Of a DNA stretch of 64,000 bases, positions 62,636 to 64,000 are shown one piece after another. The first letter of the stretch is position 1. Each line of letters opens with the position of its first letter. The notes beneath the pieces are model-generated. The model was not told the DNA's origin. It was given only the letters and a program-made list of their open reading frames with translations, and did not search any database. Position numbers and translations under genes: made by a program. Source of the DNA: Pristiophorus japonicus (lineage: Eukaryota); assembly GCF_044704955.1 (NCBI RefSeq), contig NW_027254880.1, forward strand, positions 62,001 to 126,000, given 5' to 3'.

Positions 62636-64000
62636 GGGCCCAAGTTTCCACATGATTCGCGCCTGATTTTTAGGAGCAACTGGTGGAGAACGGACTATTT
62701 TAGAAATCGCAATTCTCCACATTTTTTTTTCTGCAGTTCTAGTCAGGTAGAACAGTTCTAGTTTCGAACAGAATTTTTTCTTCAAAAGGGGGCGTGTCCG
62801 GCCACTGACGCCTGATTTGAAAGTTTCCCCAGTGAAAATGTACTCCAAACTAAAGTAGAATGGAGCCAGTGAAGATTTTTGTAGAACTGAAAAAACCTGT
62901 TCTACACATTAAAAAATCAGGCATAGGTTACAAATTAGGCGTCCAGAACGAGGTGGGGGGGAGGGGGGGAAGGGAAGTCATTAAATTCGACAATAAATCC
63001 TTATTTATACTTCTACAAATATTATACAAATAAATCCAACCTGAATAAACATTTATAAGCCAAGAAAAGATTAAATAAACCATCTTCCTACCTGTGTGAA
63101 AGTGCTTCAGCCAGGGAGAATTCTGCAACCGTTCGTGCCGCTGAGCGGGAGGGGGAGAGAGAGAGAGAAAGAGAGAGGGAGGGAGGGAGGAAGAGAGAGA
63201 GAGGGGAGGGAGGGAGAGAGAGTNNNNNNNNNNNNNNNNNNNNNNNNNNNNNNNNNNNNNNNNNNNNNNNNNNNNNNNNNNNNNNNNNNNNNNNNNNNNN
63301 NNNNNNNNNNNNNNNNNNNNNNNNNNNNNNNNNNNNNNNNNNNNNNNNNNNNNNNNNNNNNNNNNNNNNNNNNNNNNNNNNNNNNNNNNNNNNNNNNNNN
63401 NNNNNNNNNNNNNNNNNNNNNNNNNNNNNNNNNNNNNNNNNNNNNNNNNNNNNNNNNNNNNNNNNNNNNCGGGTGTCGGGTCGGGGCGGGGGGGAGCGGG
63501 TGTCGGGTCGTGGCGGGGGGGGAGCGGGTGTCGGGTCGGGGCGGGGGGGCGCGGGTCTCGGGTCTCGGGTCGGGGCGGGGGGGGGAGCGGGTGTCGGGTC
63601 GGGGCGGGGGGGGGGAGCGGATGTCGGGTCGTGGCGGGGGGGGAGCGGGTGTCGGGTCGGGGCGGGGGGGAGCGGGTGTCGGGTCGGGGGGGGGGGGCGC
63701 GGGTCTCGGGTCTCGGGTCGGGGCGGGGGGGGGAGCGGGTGTCGGGTCGGGGGGGGAGCGGGTGTCGGGTCGGGGGGGGAGCGGGTGTCGGGTCGTGGCG
63801 GGGGGGGAGCGGGTGTCGGGTCGGGGCGGGGGGGAGCGGGTGTCGGGTCGGGGGGGGGGGCGCGGGTCTCGGGTCTCGGGTCGGGGCGGGGGGGGGAGCG
63901 GGTGTCGGGTCGGGGCGGGGGGGGGGAGCGGATGTCGGGTCGTGGCGGGGGGGGAGCGGGTGTCGGGTCGGGGCGGGGGGGAGCGGGTGTCGGGTCGGGG
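62636..64000 (-). mobile_element. Non-autonomous Harbinger element (same family as 16507-19037, inverted; runs out of the window)
   Basis: TIR GGGCCCAAGTTTCCACA after TAT. 62636-63110 is the reverse complement of about 18615-19037. Confidence 0.9.
63470..64000. repeat. G-rich minisatellite [CGGGTGTCGGGTCGGGGC(G)nAG]n, preceded by a GA tract and an N gap (63224-63469)
   Basis: Seen directly; about 20 units of 22-30 bp. Confidence 0.95.

Overview
Eukaryotic, repeat-rich vertebrate DNA. The repeat complement (Deu-domain tRNA SINEs, CR1, RTE, L2, Tx1, Penelope-type hammerhead repeats, Harbinger) suggests a cartilaginous fish (inference). The only host gene I can support is the first coding exon of GNA13 (G-alpha-13; minus strand, 43350-42838) in a CpG island. 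Positions 1-42837 appear to be its first intron (no downstream exon found) and 43480-64000 is upstream DNA. Main points of interest: (i) a PIF/Harbinger set consisting of one decayed two-gene element (Myb/SANT + DDE transposase, 28774-32668), a second Myb remnant and about 10 non-autonomous derivatives with readable TIRs and 3-bp TSDs, some stacked or nested and carrying G-rich minisatellites; (ii) minimal hammerhead-ribozyme motifs in Penelope-type inverted repeats; (iii) two Tx1-like 3' ends inserted in one SINE next to the GNA13 promoter; (iv) a bipartite RTE-derived element with a covarying RNA stem; (v) a GNA13 exon that lacks the intron I recall in mammals and has an overlapping uORF. 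All family assignments were made by eye, with no database searches. Boundaries of old repeats are approximate.
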